Source of the DNA: Eledone cirrhosa | Taxonomy: Eukaryota | NCBI GenBank assembly: GCA_964016885.1 | Contig: OZ024746.1 | Span: 35,030,001 to 35,094,000, forward strand | Reading direction: 5' to 3' | Length of the DNA: 64,000 nucleotides | In this document: piece after piece, positions 26,073-37,340 of the stretch | How the letters are laid out: every line of letters starts with the position of its first letter | Numbering within the stretch: position 1 is the first letter of the stretch | Notes under the pieces: generated by a model | Databases searched by the model: none | What the model was told of the DNA's origin: nothing | The model's input: the letters and a program-made list of their open reading frames with translations, nothing else | Position numbers and translations under genes: made by a program

Positions 26073-26806
26073 ATAAATGAAAGGTATAGAAAATATTGTA
26101 GCAAAAAGCCAACGGTATTCCATAATATATAAGTGACTATAGCGTCAAAATGGGGAAAATAGTTAAAGTAAGATGTGGGAAAAATAATTCAAACTCAACT
26201 CAAAAAGAATCAGGATATAGACTCATCCAACAGAATTTTGTGAAATCCAGGCAAGAATCAATAGAGCCTTACCTCATGATAACATAAAGTTTAAAATACT
26301 CATCCTTCAATTTGGGACAACTACAAATGCTCTGTATAGTCTTGAAGACTATTTCACGAAAACTTTCAGTGGAGATAGTGACGGTTGGAATTCGATCCTC
26401 AGCAGAGCTCAACACGATAACCAAAATTTCTCAGTGGTTAATATGCCAAAAAGGGATTTTAAAACAGGCTAGTTCACCATCATATGTGATTATGAAAAAT
26501 AAAACGCACATGTAGAAAGACAGGGCTGGTGATGTCAGAATGAGACGAATGTTTGTTTCCAAGAAACAACAGTCAAAAAACATTCCGAAAAAGAATTCTA
26601 TAATAAGGTGTTCAGCAAAAAGCAATATTATCGCGGTTTTTTTTTTAAATACCGGGATTAGTCATAAATAATGTAAGCACTCTAGGAAAGAAATCCGAGT
26701 ATAAATATATAAATGAAAGGTATAGAAAAGATTGTAGCAAAAAGCCAACAGTATTCCATAATATATAAGTGACTATAGCGTCAAAGTGGGAAAAATAGGT
26801 AACGTA
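26073..26806 (-). mobile_element. Terminally redundant non-coding element (636-bp period, about 100-bp direct repeats) carrying a hammerhead; pLTR/retrozyme-like
   Basis: AAATGAAAGGTATAGAAAA.ATTGTAGCAAAAAGCCAAC.GTATTCCATAATATATAAGTGACTATAGCGTCAAA starts at 26075 and again at 26711; HHR at 26329-26408. Confidence 0.75.
26329..26408 (-). ncRNA. Type I hammerhead ribozyme motif with intact core and stable stem III
   Basis: Minus strand: GCTCTG-CTGAGGA-T-CGAA...TTCG-T-GAAA-TAGTC-TTCAA-GACTA-TA-CAGAGC. Perfect 6-bp stem I, CUGANGA and GAAA cores, 6-bp stem III, AUA triplet. Confidence 0.8.
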
Positions 26807-27316
26807 AAGCATTATAACTCTTTACTCATACATGCATTATTGACTGTATGGGCTCCTGCATTGTACACCAATTGCCCTTGCTTATAACTTATTTCCCTGT
26901 GTTTATTTGCTTGACCTTTTTTACTTTTACTTAGGCCTATTACAGTTCCAACCAGTGCTGCCTGTAATTGTGTTATTTCAAGCGGAACATCTTTTTAACT
27001 CCTGAATCTCAACATGATGCCTTTGACACTAATAACAATGATGTACCCTAAATGTTCTAAATGACTAGGATTCTAGTTACACGTTTTCCACATTCCTTAT
27101 GCTCCGATGATCCCATACATTCCTCTAGAAGAAACAATTGTCAGCTGATAAATGTTCCAAACTAAAATTTGATCGTTTTAACACTTTCTATCTCGACTCT
27201 GTAAAACACTTGAAAATTTGCATTGAGCCTTTTGTCATACCCTAACCGGCTAGTACTTAGTACTTCCCTACATATTTCTAGTTATATGAAACATATATAA
27301 ATATAAATATAAATAT

Positions 27317-27393
<77 letters not shown>

Positions 27394-27782
27394 ATGTATA
27401 TCTATATATATTTGAATATATATATATGCATATATACATATATATGTATATATATATTTGTATATATATATTATATATATAGACGTGTATATATATATTT
27501 GTATATATATATATATATGTATATATATATGTATATATATATATTTGTATATATATACATATACGTATATATATATAAGTATGTATACGTACATACATAT
27601 ATGTATCCAGACGTACAGTAGTATGTATATATATACATACATGCACACATATATATATATGTACGTATGGGTTTACCGAACATGTATTATAATGTTCGGT
27701 TTGTTTGTAAACAAACAGCCCGAATTAAGCCGTACAATGTTTGGCAACCATTGTTGCCCTTTTGTTCAACACTGACAAAGGA

Positions 27783-27825
27783 ACGATGAACTAGTTTCAA
27801 ACGTATTAGCTATTGTCAGCATCGT
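27783..27825 (-). ncRNA. Module A hammerhead motif (mutated copy)
   Basis: ACGATG-CTGACAA-TAGCTAATACGTTT-GAAAC-TA-GTT-CATCGT; G8>A, weakened stem II and GUU triplet relative to 63828-63870. Confidence 0.6.
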
Positions 27826-27998
27826 ATACCTTCCTGTCAGATGATTGAACGCCTGAAAGTATATACTTTCATTATGCATATTAACGGGTGAGCACCCTAA
27901 TTTGCATATCGAGTGATTTAGTCGGCCGGGCGTACCGAAAACAAGATTGTGTAGGACAGAACAAAGGAGAGGCATAAAAACAAAGAAAATATTCCCCA

Positions 27999-28041
27999 GA
28001 CACTGAAGAGGTCACATAATGTGTGACAAAAGAACTCTGAC
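27999..28041 (+). ncRNA. Module B hammerhead motif (mutated copy)
   Basis: GACA-CTGAAGA-G-GTCACA-TAATG-TGTGAC-AAAA-GAAC-TC-TGAC; G12>A relative to 60620-60662. Confidence 0.6.
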
Positions 28042-28187
28042 AATATATGAACAATCGTCTGTTTGTGGAACCAACCAACTAACCGGAAATTTATAAATTC
28101 CTAAATTTATAAATTTAATTTATAATAAATTGAAGTGAACAACTGGTGCGTGTGTTTCTTATTGGCAACATGACCCTCCCAAAGCAT

Positions 28188-28259
<72 letters not shown>

Positions 28260-28263
28260 TGAG

Positions 28264-28301
<38 letters not shown>

Positions 28302-28303
<2 letters not shown>

Positions 28304-28505
28304 TGAGGTTTTTTTACAAAATGAAAAATAACCGATGTGTCCTACACGAGTGAAAGTATAAAGAAAAAAAGATGGAATCGAAAATGCAACTGGAGTCTTA
28401 TTTTTTAAAATATATATATATTTATTTGGTTTCTTTACCGGTTAGGCAGTTCTTCTGCTTTTCAAAAGTAGAGTTGAGATGCAGGGTCTGTGGGTTTTCT
28501 CACAT
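28302..28505 (-). mobile_element. Second copy of the end and tail of the 12831-13992 family (HHR GAAA mutated)
   Basis: Near-identical to 12837-13042. Confidence 0.85.
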
Positions 28506-29830
28506 TCCGAGTGAGATCGCCTAGCGAAAGATATGGAAATCAATTATTCCAAGCACTCAATGAATGTATACCAGGCTTCGGGTGCGCTAGTGGGGAGTCA
28601 TCCATCGTCGTTATGCCCTCGTTATACCAAACGAGTACTATTAATTTATACAGGAGAATCCGGGTAATAGGTATTTTTGTTCTCAGGGGGAGACATTCTA
28701 GTGTCGCGCGCTAATGGGTACAAGCGAGTAAAAGTCCGAATAAGAGGAGTAAAAAATACATGGATATATAGAAGTAGAATACGTGGAAAAATGATTTCCA
28801 TATCTTTCGCTAGGCGATCTCACTCGGAATGGCTGACATGTGATTAGGATGGGCTGGCCGGGGTCTGCAGTCGCCACATGCTGTCTGACTGCTAAACAAG
28901 GACATATCCTTTACTCTACATCCCACTAGGATAATTTATAGAGGATCTCTATAATACAATTAAAGTTTCTTCATAAAAACTCTCTCTTTAATTAAACCTC
29001 GCAACCCAAAACCTTTAAAAAATGTTAAACTGTTTAATTTTCAATTTTCTAATTGTTTAATTATCGATTTTATAACTCTTTAATTTTATAATGTTAATCT
29101 TTAAATTTTTTAAACTTCATCCTATAAATCTAAACAATAATTTAACGTCCCAATTTTCTGTCGGACTGTTGGGTTGGTTTCCTGGTTGCGGGACTGGCCT
29201 CCTGGCGCATAGGCCTGCCTTGAGTGCTTGGAAAAGTAAATTTCCCCTTCTTTCGGTAAATGAAACTACTCGGAGCGGATGATTCGCCACAGGGCCCCGG
29301 CGTGCAGCCTGTTTTTTGACCACCATATAGTACCTTTAAATTATAGACCTAATCATAACTATTAGATGTATCACGCCTCCCTCTACTTAAACAAATACCC
29401 CTCCTGGGTAAAGTAATAGTACTGGTTTGGTACAAGGATGGCCTATCGATGAGGGCTGACTTCCCACTGGCGCACCTGAAGCCTGTTATACATACCTAGA
29501 GTGCTTGGAAAAATTGATTTCCATATCTTTCGCTATGTGATCTCACTGGTAATGGCTAACACGCGTTTAGGATGGGCTGGTCGGAGCCTGCAGTCACCGC
29601 ATGCTGTTTGACTGCTAAACAATGACATAATCTTTACTCTATAATACAATTTAAGTTTCTTCATAAACAACTCTTTCTTTACTTAAACCTCGCAACCAAA
29701 ACCTTAAAAATTTTAAACTGTTTAATTTTCAACTTTCTAATTTCTTTAATTTTATAATGTTAATATTAAATATTAAATTTGTGTAACTTCATCCTATAAA
29801 TCTAAACAAAAATGTAACGTTCCAATCTTC
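28504..29830. repeat. Unclassified repeat with tandem (about 28785-29160 and 29507-29830) and inverted (28504-28660 vs 29400-29550) copies
   Basis: ATTCCGAGTGAGATCGCCTAGCGAAAGATATGGAAATCA at 28504 has its exact reverse complement at 28792-28830; long shared blocks lie about 725 bp apart. Confidence 0.8.
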
Positions 29831-30314
29831 TGCTCACACATTATAACATGCAGATCCCCACTATATTTACCTCTGTTATAATACATACCTCTGTTAAGAT
29901 ACGGGTCCTTTACAATACATTTTTTTCGCGCCACTCGTGGCCTGACTGTGGCTTGACATCACTAAGGACTTTTCTTCCTCTTTCTTTCTGTCTTTCTTCT
30001 TGTAGCTCGACACTAACGCTGACTTGTCTTCTTCTTCTTCCTTTTCTTCCCCCTTCTTTCTGTCTTTTTTCTTGTAGCATGATATTAACGCTGACTTATC
30101 TTCCTCTCACTTTCCGTTTTTCTTCTATTTGACCGGGAGGGTAGTAGCACACTATAAGCTTTAGCCCCCTCACCAGATAGCCTCAAGTAGACCGAATAGC
30201 CAGCACTTGAGGGCGACCGGCTAAAGTGGAAGATGCTAGATGGTTAGTCGTTCTCCGGTCTTTGATTTTCAGCCCCATGGATTTTATCTATTACATTCAT
30301 TTATTATATTTCGA

Positions 30315-30372
30315 ATACCTTATGATATCACCGGATTCATACGGAACCCGGTCATTGAAATGATCATAGTAT
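30315..30372 (+). ncRNA. Degenerate hammerhead motif (G5>U)
   Basis: ATAC-CTTATGA-T-ATCACCGG...CCGGTCAT-T-GAAA-TGATCA-TA-GTAT, then AATAAA; all three stems present, core has one substitution. Confidence 0.5.
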
Positions 30373-30929
30373 AATAAACCTTTCAAGGATTTACACAAGT
30401 CCAGCCTCCTGTCATTTTATTATAATTATATATATATATTGTTTTAAAGAAAAAACATAAATGTGTGTGTGTGTAGGTATATATCTATATAAAAAACATA
30501 AATGTGTTTGCGTAGGTATATATATATATATATACCTACACACACACATTTATGTTTTTTCATTAAAAACAACTATTAATATAGGTACAAGTTGCGTGTC
30601 TATGTTCAGTAATGACGTTTGTGTATGTGTACATCCCTATATCTATATAGACAATATTATAGGGAGTGTCATCCGCTTAGTAATTGAAATCTAGATCTCA
30701 AACCTCATTTACTGCCTTAATGAATTCCAATATTCCAATATCCCATTATCGATTCTATCATGAGACAGCTGTATCGTTTCATCACTGTCACAATCGTCAT
30801 TGTATAATCATCATTCTTATCATCATCGTTATAATCATCATCGCCAATCTCACCATTACCATCATTATCAGCACCATCATTATCATCTACCTTATTATTA
30901 GTAATTCTTATACATATTCTTAATTATAT

Positions 30930-31830
30930 TCAGCAACTCTCAAGGACTGCTGTCAATTTTATTAGATTATAGCCTAACCCACATAAATTCCTTCATGCTG
31001 GAACAGATTCCAATTCTATCAATTTTTTTTCCTGGAGTTTTTCTTTCACAGACCAGGTGCTCCAATCACAATTGCGACCACTCTTGCACTCACATTCCAC
31101 ATTCACTCCAAGTCTCTTTTCAAGATTGCATACATTACGGTTTTCTGGTTTTCTTTACAGTTGATGTAATAGCCCCCTGAGGCAGCTACATCCATCAACA
31201 ACCATCCCTTTTCAGTTCCATTCTCCGCCAATGTTATATCTGTCCTTGTATTTTCAAGAACTCTATATATTTGATTTGTAAATTCCAACTAATGTTCAGA
31301 ATCTGATTTTCTAGGATCTTCTCCGGTTTGTGTTGAAACCATTTTCGAAATATATTGCATAAAGAATAAGAGTGGCAGTGTATGTACACTTTATCTTGCA
31401 TGCCACAGACACTCACGGTTGTGTCACACTTGCACTTTCCACATAACCTATATTTATTTGTTTCATGTGGGTAAAAAATATTCCTTATTGCCTTTGGTTT
31501 AAGTGGTTGATCTTTTCCAACAATTAATAACTTTTCTTTGTCTCTCTTAATATCACCTGTTGTAAAGAAGCTTCATTAAGATCCTACTTTTACTTTATTT
31601 GTTTTTCTTTCAGATTGACCATCTAATTCTATACACTTGCCTGTTTCTCACCCAACAGCCTATGTTAGTAATTTTCTTTAATTATAGCAACATAACTTGA
31701 AGGTTCTTCATTAATATTGGCCAAGCTTGAGTGTAAGGACGCAATCCTTCACACAAGTTCTTAACTTCCTACGTTCCGCCTTTGGGTTCAATGCACCATT
31801 GTGAACCATTTACTTACGCCTTAGCCTAAG
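30930..31830 (-). pseudogene. Decayed R4/Dong-type LINE, RLE region
   Basis: TRTDITL..GWLLMDVA, LKRDLE*MWNVSARVVAIVIGA and WFQHKPEKILENQ motifs with many stops and frameshifts. Confidence 0.7.
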
Positions 31831-32123
31831 GGTAATTGCTGACCTTGTGCCAAAAGTCGAAATAATAATTATTATTGTTATTTTTATTTTCTTTCATTAT
31901 TACGGGGTCGATAAAATAAAGTACCAGTAATGCACTGGGATAATTGCTGGCCTTGTGCCAAAAGTAGAAACAATTATTATTTCTGAGATATATGCCGAGT
32001 GTCTTCCTGACACATGGGGCAAATAAATTCAGTGTGCATTGGTAAGCCAGTTAATACAGCACATTGATTATAATTAAAAAAAAAAAAAAAAAAAATAACA
32101 GTATTATTATTATTATTATTATT

Positions 32124-33935
32124 GTTCTTTGAGTCTCAGTCATTGATGTTAGTTAACTGGAAAGTTTGTGGAAATGAATATCAAGCCACTACCTGCAGCC
32201 TCAGATATACAGGACGTATCAGAGGGTTCTTGCTGTTCCCAGCAAGCATGCCTTTTGAAGTGTTCCAAAAAGTGGGGGAGGGCCAATTTTCTTTAACCAT
32301 CCCTGGAAACTTTTTGAGATAGTACCAAGTGAGCCTATGACAATCGGGACCACTTTGACTTCATGGCAGTTCCAAATCCTTTTTACCTCCCACTTTAAGT
32401 CCTGGTATCGGTTAATTTTCTCCCTCTCCTTCTCTTGCACTCTCGTGTCGAATGGGCAAGCCACATCCACAATCAGGCACGATCTTTTTTCCTTGTCCAA
32501 AACCACCAGGTCAGGTCTATTGTGTTCCAGTTTCTTGTCCTTCTGTATCCTAAAATCCCATAGCACCTTCACCTGATCGTTTTCTATCACCGACTCTGGC
32601 TTATGCTCATACCACTTCTCAGAATGTAGTAAATTGTTTACTTTGCATAGGTGCCAGTGGATCACCCTGCCCATCACATCATGTCTCCAGCCCTTATAGT
32701 GAGTCTGGGCTTGGTGTTTACACTCTGATACAATGTGAGCCACAGTCTCCTCTCTCTCTCCACAGATCCTGCACAGTGGGCTAGCCTCCTCCTTGTAAAT
32801 ATGGTGTTTCAGCCACTTCGTTTTGAGGGCCTGATCTTGCGCAGCAATTAGCATTCATTATGTAGCCTTTTTAAGGTCTCCTCTTCTCAACCAGTTCCAT
32901 GTCTGTGGATCTCTGAATTCCGTTTTCTCAAAGAAGGTACTATGAAGGGATTTTTCCTGAAGGTTGCTCTTTCTCCTTGTTGTAATTTCCTCCTTGGACA
33001 TCCCCTGCTCTATTGTCCTCTCCTTCAGTACAATTCTGAGCATTGGCTCCTTACTATCGGTCACGTATTTGTTTAGGTTGTTTTTCCCCATCTAAACACA
33101 GACCTCTATACTGATAAGACCTCTTCCACATTCAGATCTCCTTAAGTAGAGTCTATCGACATCACTCCTCTTGTGGAACATGTTGTAGATAGTCAATAGC
33201 TTCCTACTCTTCCTATCCATTTATTTTTGTTCAGCAACATTCCATCTCAGAATTCCCGCACTGTACCTAATAATAGACACAGATCGGGAATTTACTGCAC
33301 TTATGACATTCCTACTGTTCAGATGTGACTTTAATACGTTCCTTACACTCCGAATGTATTCAGATCATATCAATTCCTTCATTTTTTTGTTATTGATGTC
33401 ATCAGCCTCCAGAATACCCACATACTTGTATCCTTCTTCAGTGTCAATTTCCTTTATCATCTCACCAGTTGGTACCCGGATTCCGTTGCTTCTGCTCAAT
33501 TTACCTCTCTTCATCACAAGGACTCCACACTTACTAATACCAAATTGCATACATATATCATTGCTGAAAATACGGACAGTGTCAACAAGCACATCCAACT
33601 CCTTCTCACTCTTCCCGAAGAGCTTAAGATCGTCCATGAAGAGGAGGTGATTGATGGTAATCTCTTCCTTTCCCAACTTGTATCCTGCTCTCACTGTTCG
33701 CAGTATAATGGTCAGGGGCATCAGGGCAAGGACAAATAACAGAGGGGACATACTATCTCCCTGGAAGATACCTCTCTTGATCTTCACGCCTCCCAATGTT
33801 TCTCCAGCTGATGTTAACTCTATTTTCCAGGACTTCATACTTTTGCTCAACAACTGTCTGATGTTATCTGCCACCTTGAAGAACTCTAGGTTTTTGGTGA
33901 TCCAAGAATGAGGCACCATGTCAAATGCCTTTTGC
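32124..33935 (-). mobile_element. 5'-truncated R4/Dong-clade non-LTR retrotransposon (RT, CCHC, RLE), disrupted
   Basis: KAFDMVPH, GIFQGDSMSPLLF and HLLFMDDLKL (RT); CRICGEREETVAHIVSEC (CCHC); RHD; NRPDLVVLD..IVDVACPFD (RLE). 3' end abuts (ATT)n. Confidence 0.92.
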
Positions 33936-33959
33936 TTATTTTTTTTTGGTATTATTACT

Positions 33960-34325
33960 GTTCTTTGAATCTCAGTCATTGATGTTAGTTAACTGGAAAG
34001 TTTGTTGAAATGAATATCAAGCCACTACCTGCAGCCTCAGATATTCAGGACGTATCGGAGGGTTCTTGCTGTTCCAGGCAAGCATGCCTTTTGAAGTGTT
34101 CCAAAAAGCAGGTCGGGGCCAATTTTCTTTAACCATCCCTGGAAACTTTTTGAGATAGTACATATTGCGCCTATGACAATCGGGACCACTTTGACTTCAT
34201 GGCAGTTCCAAATCCTTTTTACCTCCCACTTTAAGTCCTGGTATCGGTTAATTTTCTCCCTCGCCTTCTCTTGCACTCTCGTGTCGAATGGGCAGGCCAC
34301 ATCCACAAGCAGGCACGACCTTTTT
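33960..34325 (-). mobile_element. Second tandem 3'-end copy of the same R4/Dong family
   Basis: DVACPFDTRVQEKAREKINRYQDLKWEVKRIW; same 3' UTR as the copy starting at 32124. Confidence 0.92.
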
Positions 34326-34337
34326 TATTATTATTAT

Positions 34338-34947
34338 TCTTGTGGGTTTATGTCGAACACCTGCTGTCGCGTTTAGGACGGATCCGGCTATCATCTGAGT
34401 CCATCGTGAGGATTGCCCCGCCCTCCTCCTTTAGCCGGGAAGGGCAGGCAGTTTTTATCTGCCTGGTGGCCATGGTGAAAGAGATAGTATGGTGGACACG
34501 TTTGAAAGGGCTGAAGACGAGCACTTACCTCTCCGGTGATGCTCTGATTGACTTTTTCAAATTTCATTTGAAAAGGAAAATCAGAGTAGAGAGGGAAGTG
34601 CTCTCTTCCCAGCATTTTGTTGAAAGATGGGTGAGAGAAGCAAGAATGGCCCGAGTGAATGGGCCTACTCTGAGTATATATCTGTAAATTAAAGGTGGAA
34701 AACTGGGAGAGGGCACTTGCCTTGGTGGTCAGGGTCATTGTGGCTTTTTACTGGGCTTTCTCCACAAATGTCCCTCCGAAGTCTCCCCCCTATTGGGGAA
34801 TTTTTCATTGTTATTTTCATTGTTATTTTTGTTACATCCTCTGTTTTTGTTTTTTTACACGCAGAAATGCCCATTTGTACCGTCCTGCATTGTCCTGCAC
34901 TGTCCTTAATGTCTACTTTATGTAAACCCTTGTGGTTAATAAAGAAA

Positions 34948-34950
<3 letters not shown>
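34338..34950 (+). mobile_element. 3' end of an L1/Tx1-like LINE flanked by (ATT)n
   Basis: LWVYVEHLLS..VAMVKEIVWWTR..FFKFHLKRKIRVERE..FVERW resembles Tx1 ORF2 C-termini; 3' UTR with AATAAA, then (ATT)n. Confidence 0.7.
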
Positions 34951-35006
<56 letters not shown>

Positions 35007-35008
<2 letters not shown>

Positions 35009-36032
35009 AGCTGCATTTATCTTGCTTTATGTTCATACGAGTTATCACCAAGTCACAACCAGTGACCTCAAGAGACAACAAGGTCCGCAATGTTCAAGAA
35101 AGAACATATATACTCACACATGCATCTTTAGTGTTTAGACTTGTACTTATATTGACAGAATCTTCCTTAGTATATGGGCAGTTCCCATTAGTACTATCTT
35201 TTGTATTTCTTCTATACGCGGGTTTCCTGGGATTTGCGATAAGTAATCATTAGACCCCTTAGGTATCATTCCTAGAGCACCTACAGCCACTGGTATTGTT
35301 TTAGTTCTCAATTTCCACATTTTTCCAATTTCTATCTCCAGGTCCTTATACTTGCTCAATTTTTCAAATGTTTTTATAGATACATTCTTGTCTATTGGAA
35401 CGGACATATCAATTAGTAGGCATACCCTCTTTTTAAAGTCCTTCCATATTATATCAGGTCTATTTGCATCTATTTTTCGGTCTGTTTGGATGCTGAAGTT
35501 CCACAAGATTGAGATGTGATCTTTTTCAAGTATGGTAGGAGGTTGATGCTCCCACCAATTCTTTTGATGGGAAGGTAAAAATGCTTACACATTATCCAAT
35601 GTATGTATTGTGAAGCTCTGTCATGCCTGTTTAGGTATTCGGTTGGAGCTATAGGACTGCACATTGAAATTATATGGTCAATGGTTTCAGGTTGTTTTTT
35701 ACATACACGGCATAATGGGCTGCATCCATTTTTTATTATGTTGGCTTGGTAAATTTTTGTTGGCAGACACTGATCTTGTGCTGATATAATCAGTCCTTCA
35801 GTCTCCGATTTCAGTCCAGCGGATGCCAACCACTGATGGGTTGAAGTTTTATCAACATCAAAATTGTTAGCTCCTTCTGGGTATTTTCCATACAGAGGCT
35901 TTTCTTGCCATTTCTTAGCCAGTTTCTGTAGCAGTTCTTTCTTTGCAGTTACTTTTACCTGCTTTGCTTTTTCTGTGTTTTCCATTTCAGCAGTAAACGG
36001 GACTTCTGAAATGTGTTGTCCATTACTGTATC
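35007..36032 (-). mobile_element. Different R4/Dong-type family, 3' fragment (CCHC + RLE), (ATT)n on both sides
   Basis: SAQDQCLPT, CRVCKKQPETIDHIISMC, RHD, NRPDIIW..LIDMSVP and KYKDLEIEI motifs. Confidence 0.9.
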
Positions 36033-36093
<61 letters not shown>

Positions 36094-36176
36094 GATAAAA
36101 TAAAGTACCAGTATTGCACTGGGGTCAATTTAACGGACCCCCTTCCCTGCCTATAATACAAATCGTTATCGTTATA

Positions 36177-36365
36177 GGGCGGTGGATTGGCAGTATCGGT
36201 AGAGGGTCGGACGTCATGCTTTCCAGCATAGTTACGTCTCTTTACGATCTGAGTTCAAATCCCACCTAGGTTGACTTTGCCCTTCATCCTTACGGGGTCG
36301 ATAAAATAAGGTACCAGTAATGCACTGGTTACTGCAGGCCTTTTGCCTAAAGTAGAAACAATTAT
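36177..36365 (+). mobile_element. tRNA-derived SINE (close to consensus)
   Basis: GGCGGTGGATTGGCAGTATCGGTAGAG..GAGTTCAAATCCC..GGGGTCGATAAAATAAGGTACCAG. Confidence 0.9.
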
Positions 36366-37164
36366 TGTTATAATTATTTTTTTGTTTTATTTTTAATGTT
36401 GTTGTTTTCGTTCTTGAAGTTGATGCTATTATTATTGTTATTTTTACTATTGTTGCTCTTGTTGTTGATGATTATATTATTATTATCATTATTATTATTA
36501 TTATTTCGTCTCTTTCACAGGTAAAACATAAACACTCAACCATTACACCGGATAGCTATTAGTTCCGAATTGGATTGTATCTCAGTTGAATATTCTAGCA
36601 GTCAACTGGAAAACAAGAAAATACATAATAAAAATAATTTAAAAGAAGAACAACACAAATATGGGAAAATCTTCGTCTTTGGTAAGTTCTGAAAGTTTCA
36701 TTTCCATTCTTCGTTTTGGATATTGAGAAAAATGTCTCATACTTTGAATGTTTCACCAATAGTCAGTCAAACATACGTAACATACAGACGGACATTCATG
36801 CACAATCATGTAAGCACTAACATAAGCAGTTACTTCCATATTTCTGTATTTAACTCTTTCACCTATACATGCGCACTAGATAGTAAAGATAATTCGTATT
36901 CGGATACATATTCATATACACGTATTTATTAAGCATCAACTTTAAATATCATACCTTTTTAACATATATTACATTCATATAACTTGGCACTCCGTCAGTG
37001 GCGTTGATAACTGTTCCATTGTAAGCCATAGACGGAACAACGAGATCACTAATGTAATGTGCAGGTGACTGAGCGCTCCACTGAAATGTGTAACCTTAAA
37101 ATTTTATTGAGATTAAGCGTGACAAATCATTTTTTGCTAGCTGAGTGGACTGGAGCAACGTGAA

Positions 37165-37340
37165 ATAATTGTTTCTACTTTTGGCTCAATGCCGACAATT
37201 ACCCAGTACTTTATTTTATCGATCCCCTAAGGAAGAAAGGCAAAGTTAGCCTCGGCAGGATTTGAACTCAGTCCGTGAACGGACGTAACTGTGCTGCAAA
37301 GGATCGCGTCCGACCCTTTACCGATACTACCAATCCACCG
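37165..37340 (-). mobile_element. tRNA-derived SINE
   Basis: Reverse complement of the consensus. Confidence 0.85.

Larger units (their letters stand above)
27576..28191. mobile_element. Composite repeat: module A (27576-27942) joined to module B (27940-28191), between (TA)n tracts
   Basis: Module A matches 63138-63990 and module B matches 60467-60912. Each carries an HHR motif, on opposite strands. Confidence 0.85.

Noticed and set aside
25390-26112. Long ORFs rich in YI, CV, HT, poly-R/K/S/F here and throughout the track
   Set aside because: They are translations of (TA)n, (TG)n, (GAA)n and (TTC)n microsatellites with no coding signal.
36521-36681. Possible exon (polypyrimidine-CAG acceptor, GTAAGT donor)
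   Set aside because: Stops occur in all three frames and no partner exons were found. It could be a UTR or lncRNA exon but is unsupported without RNA data.
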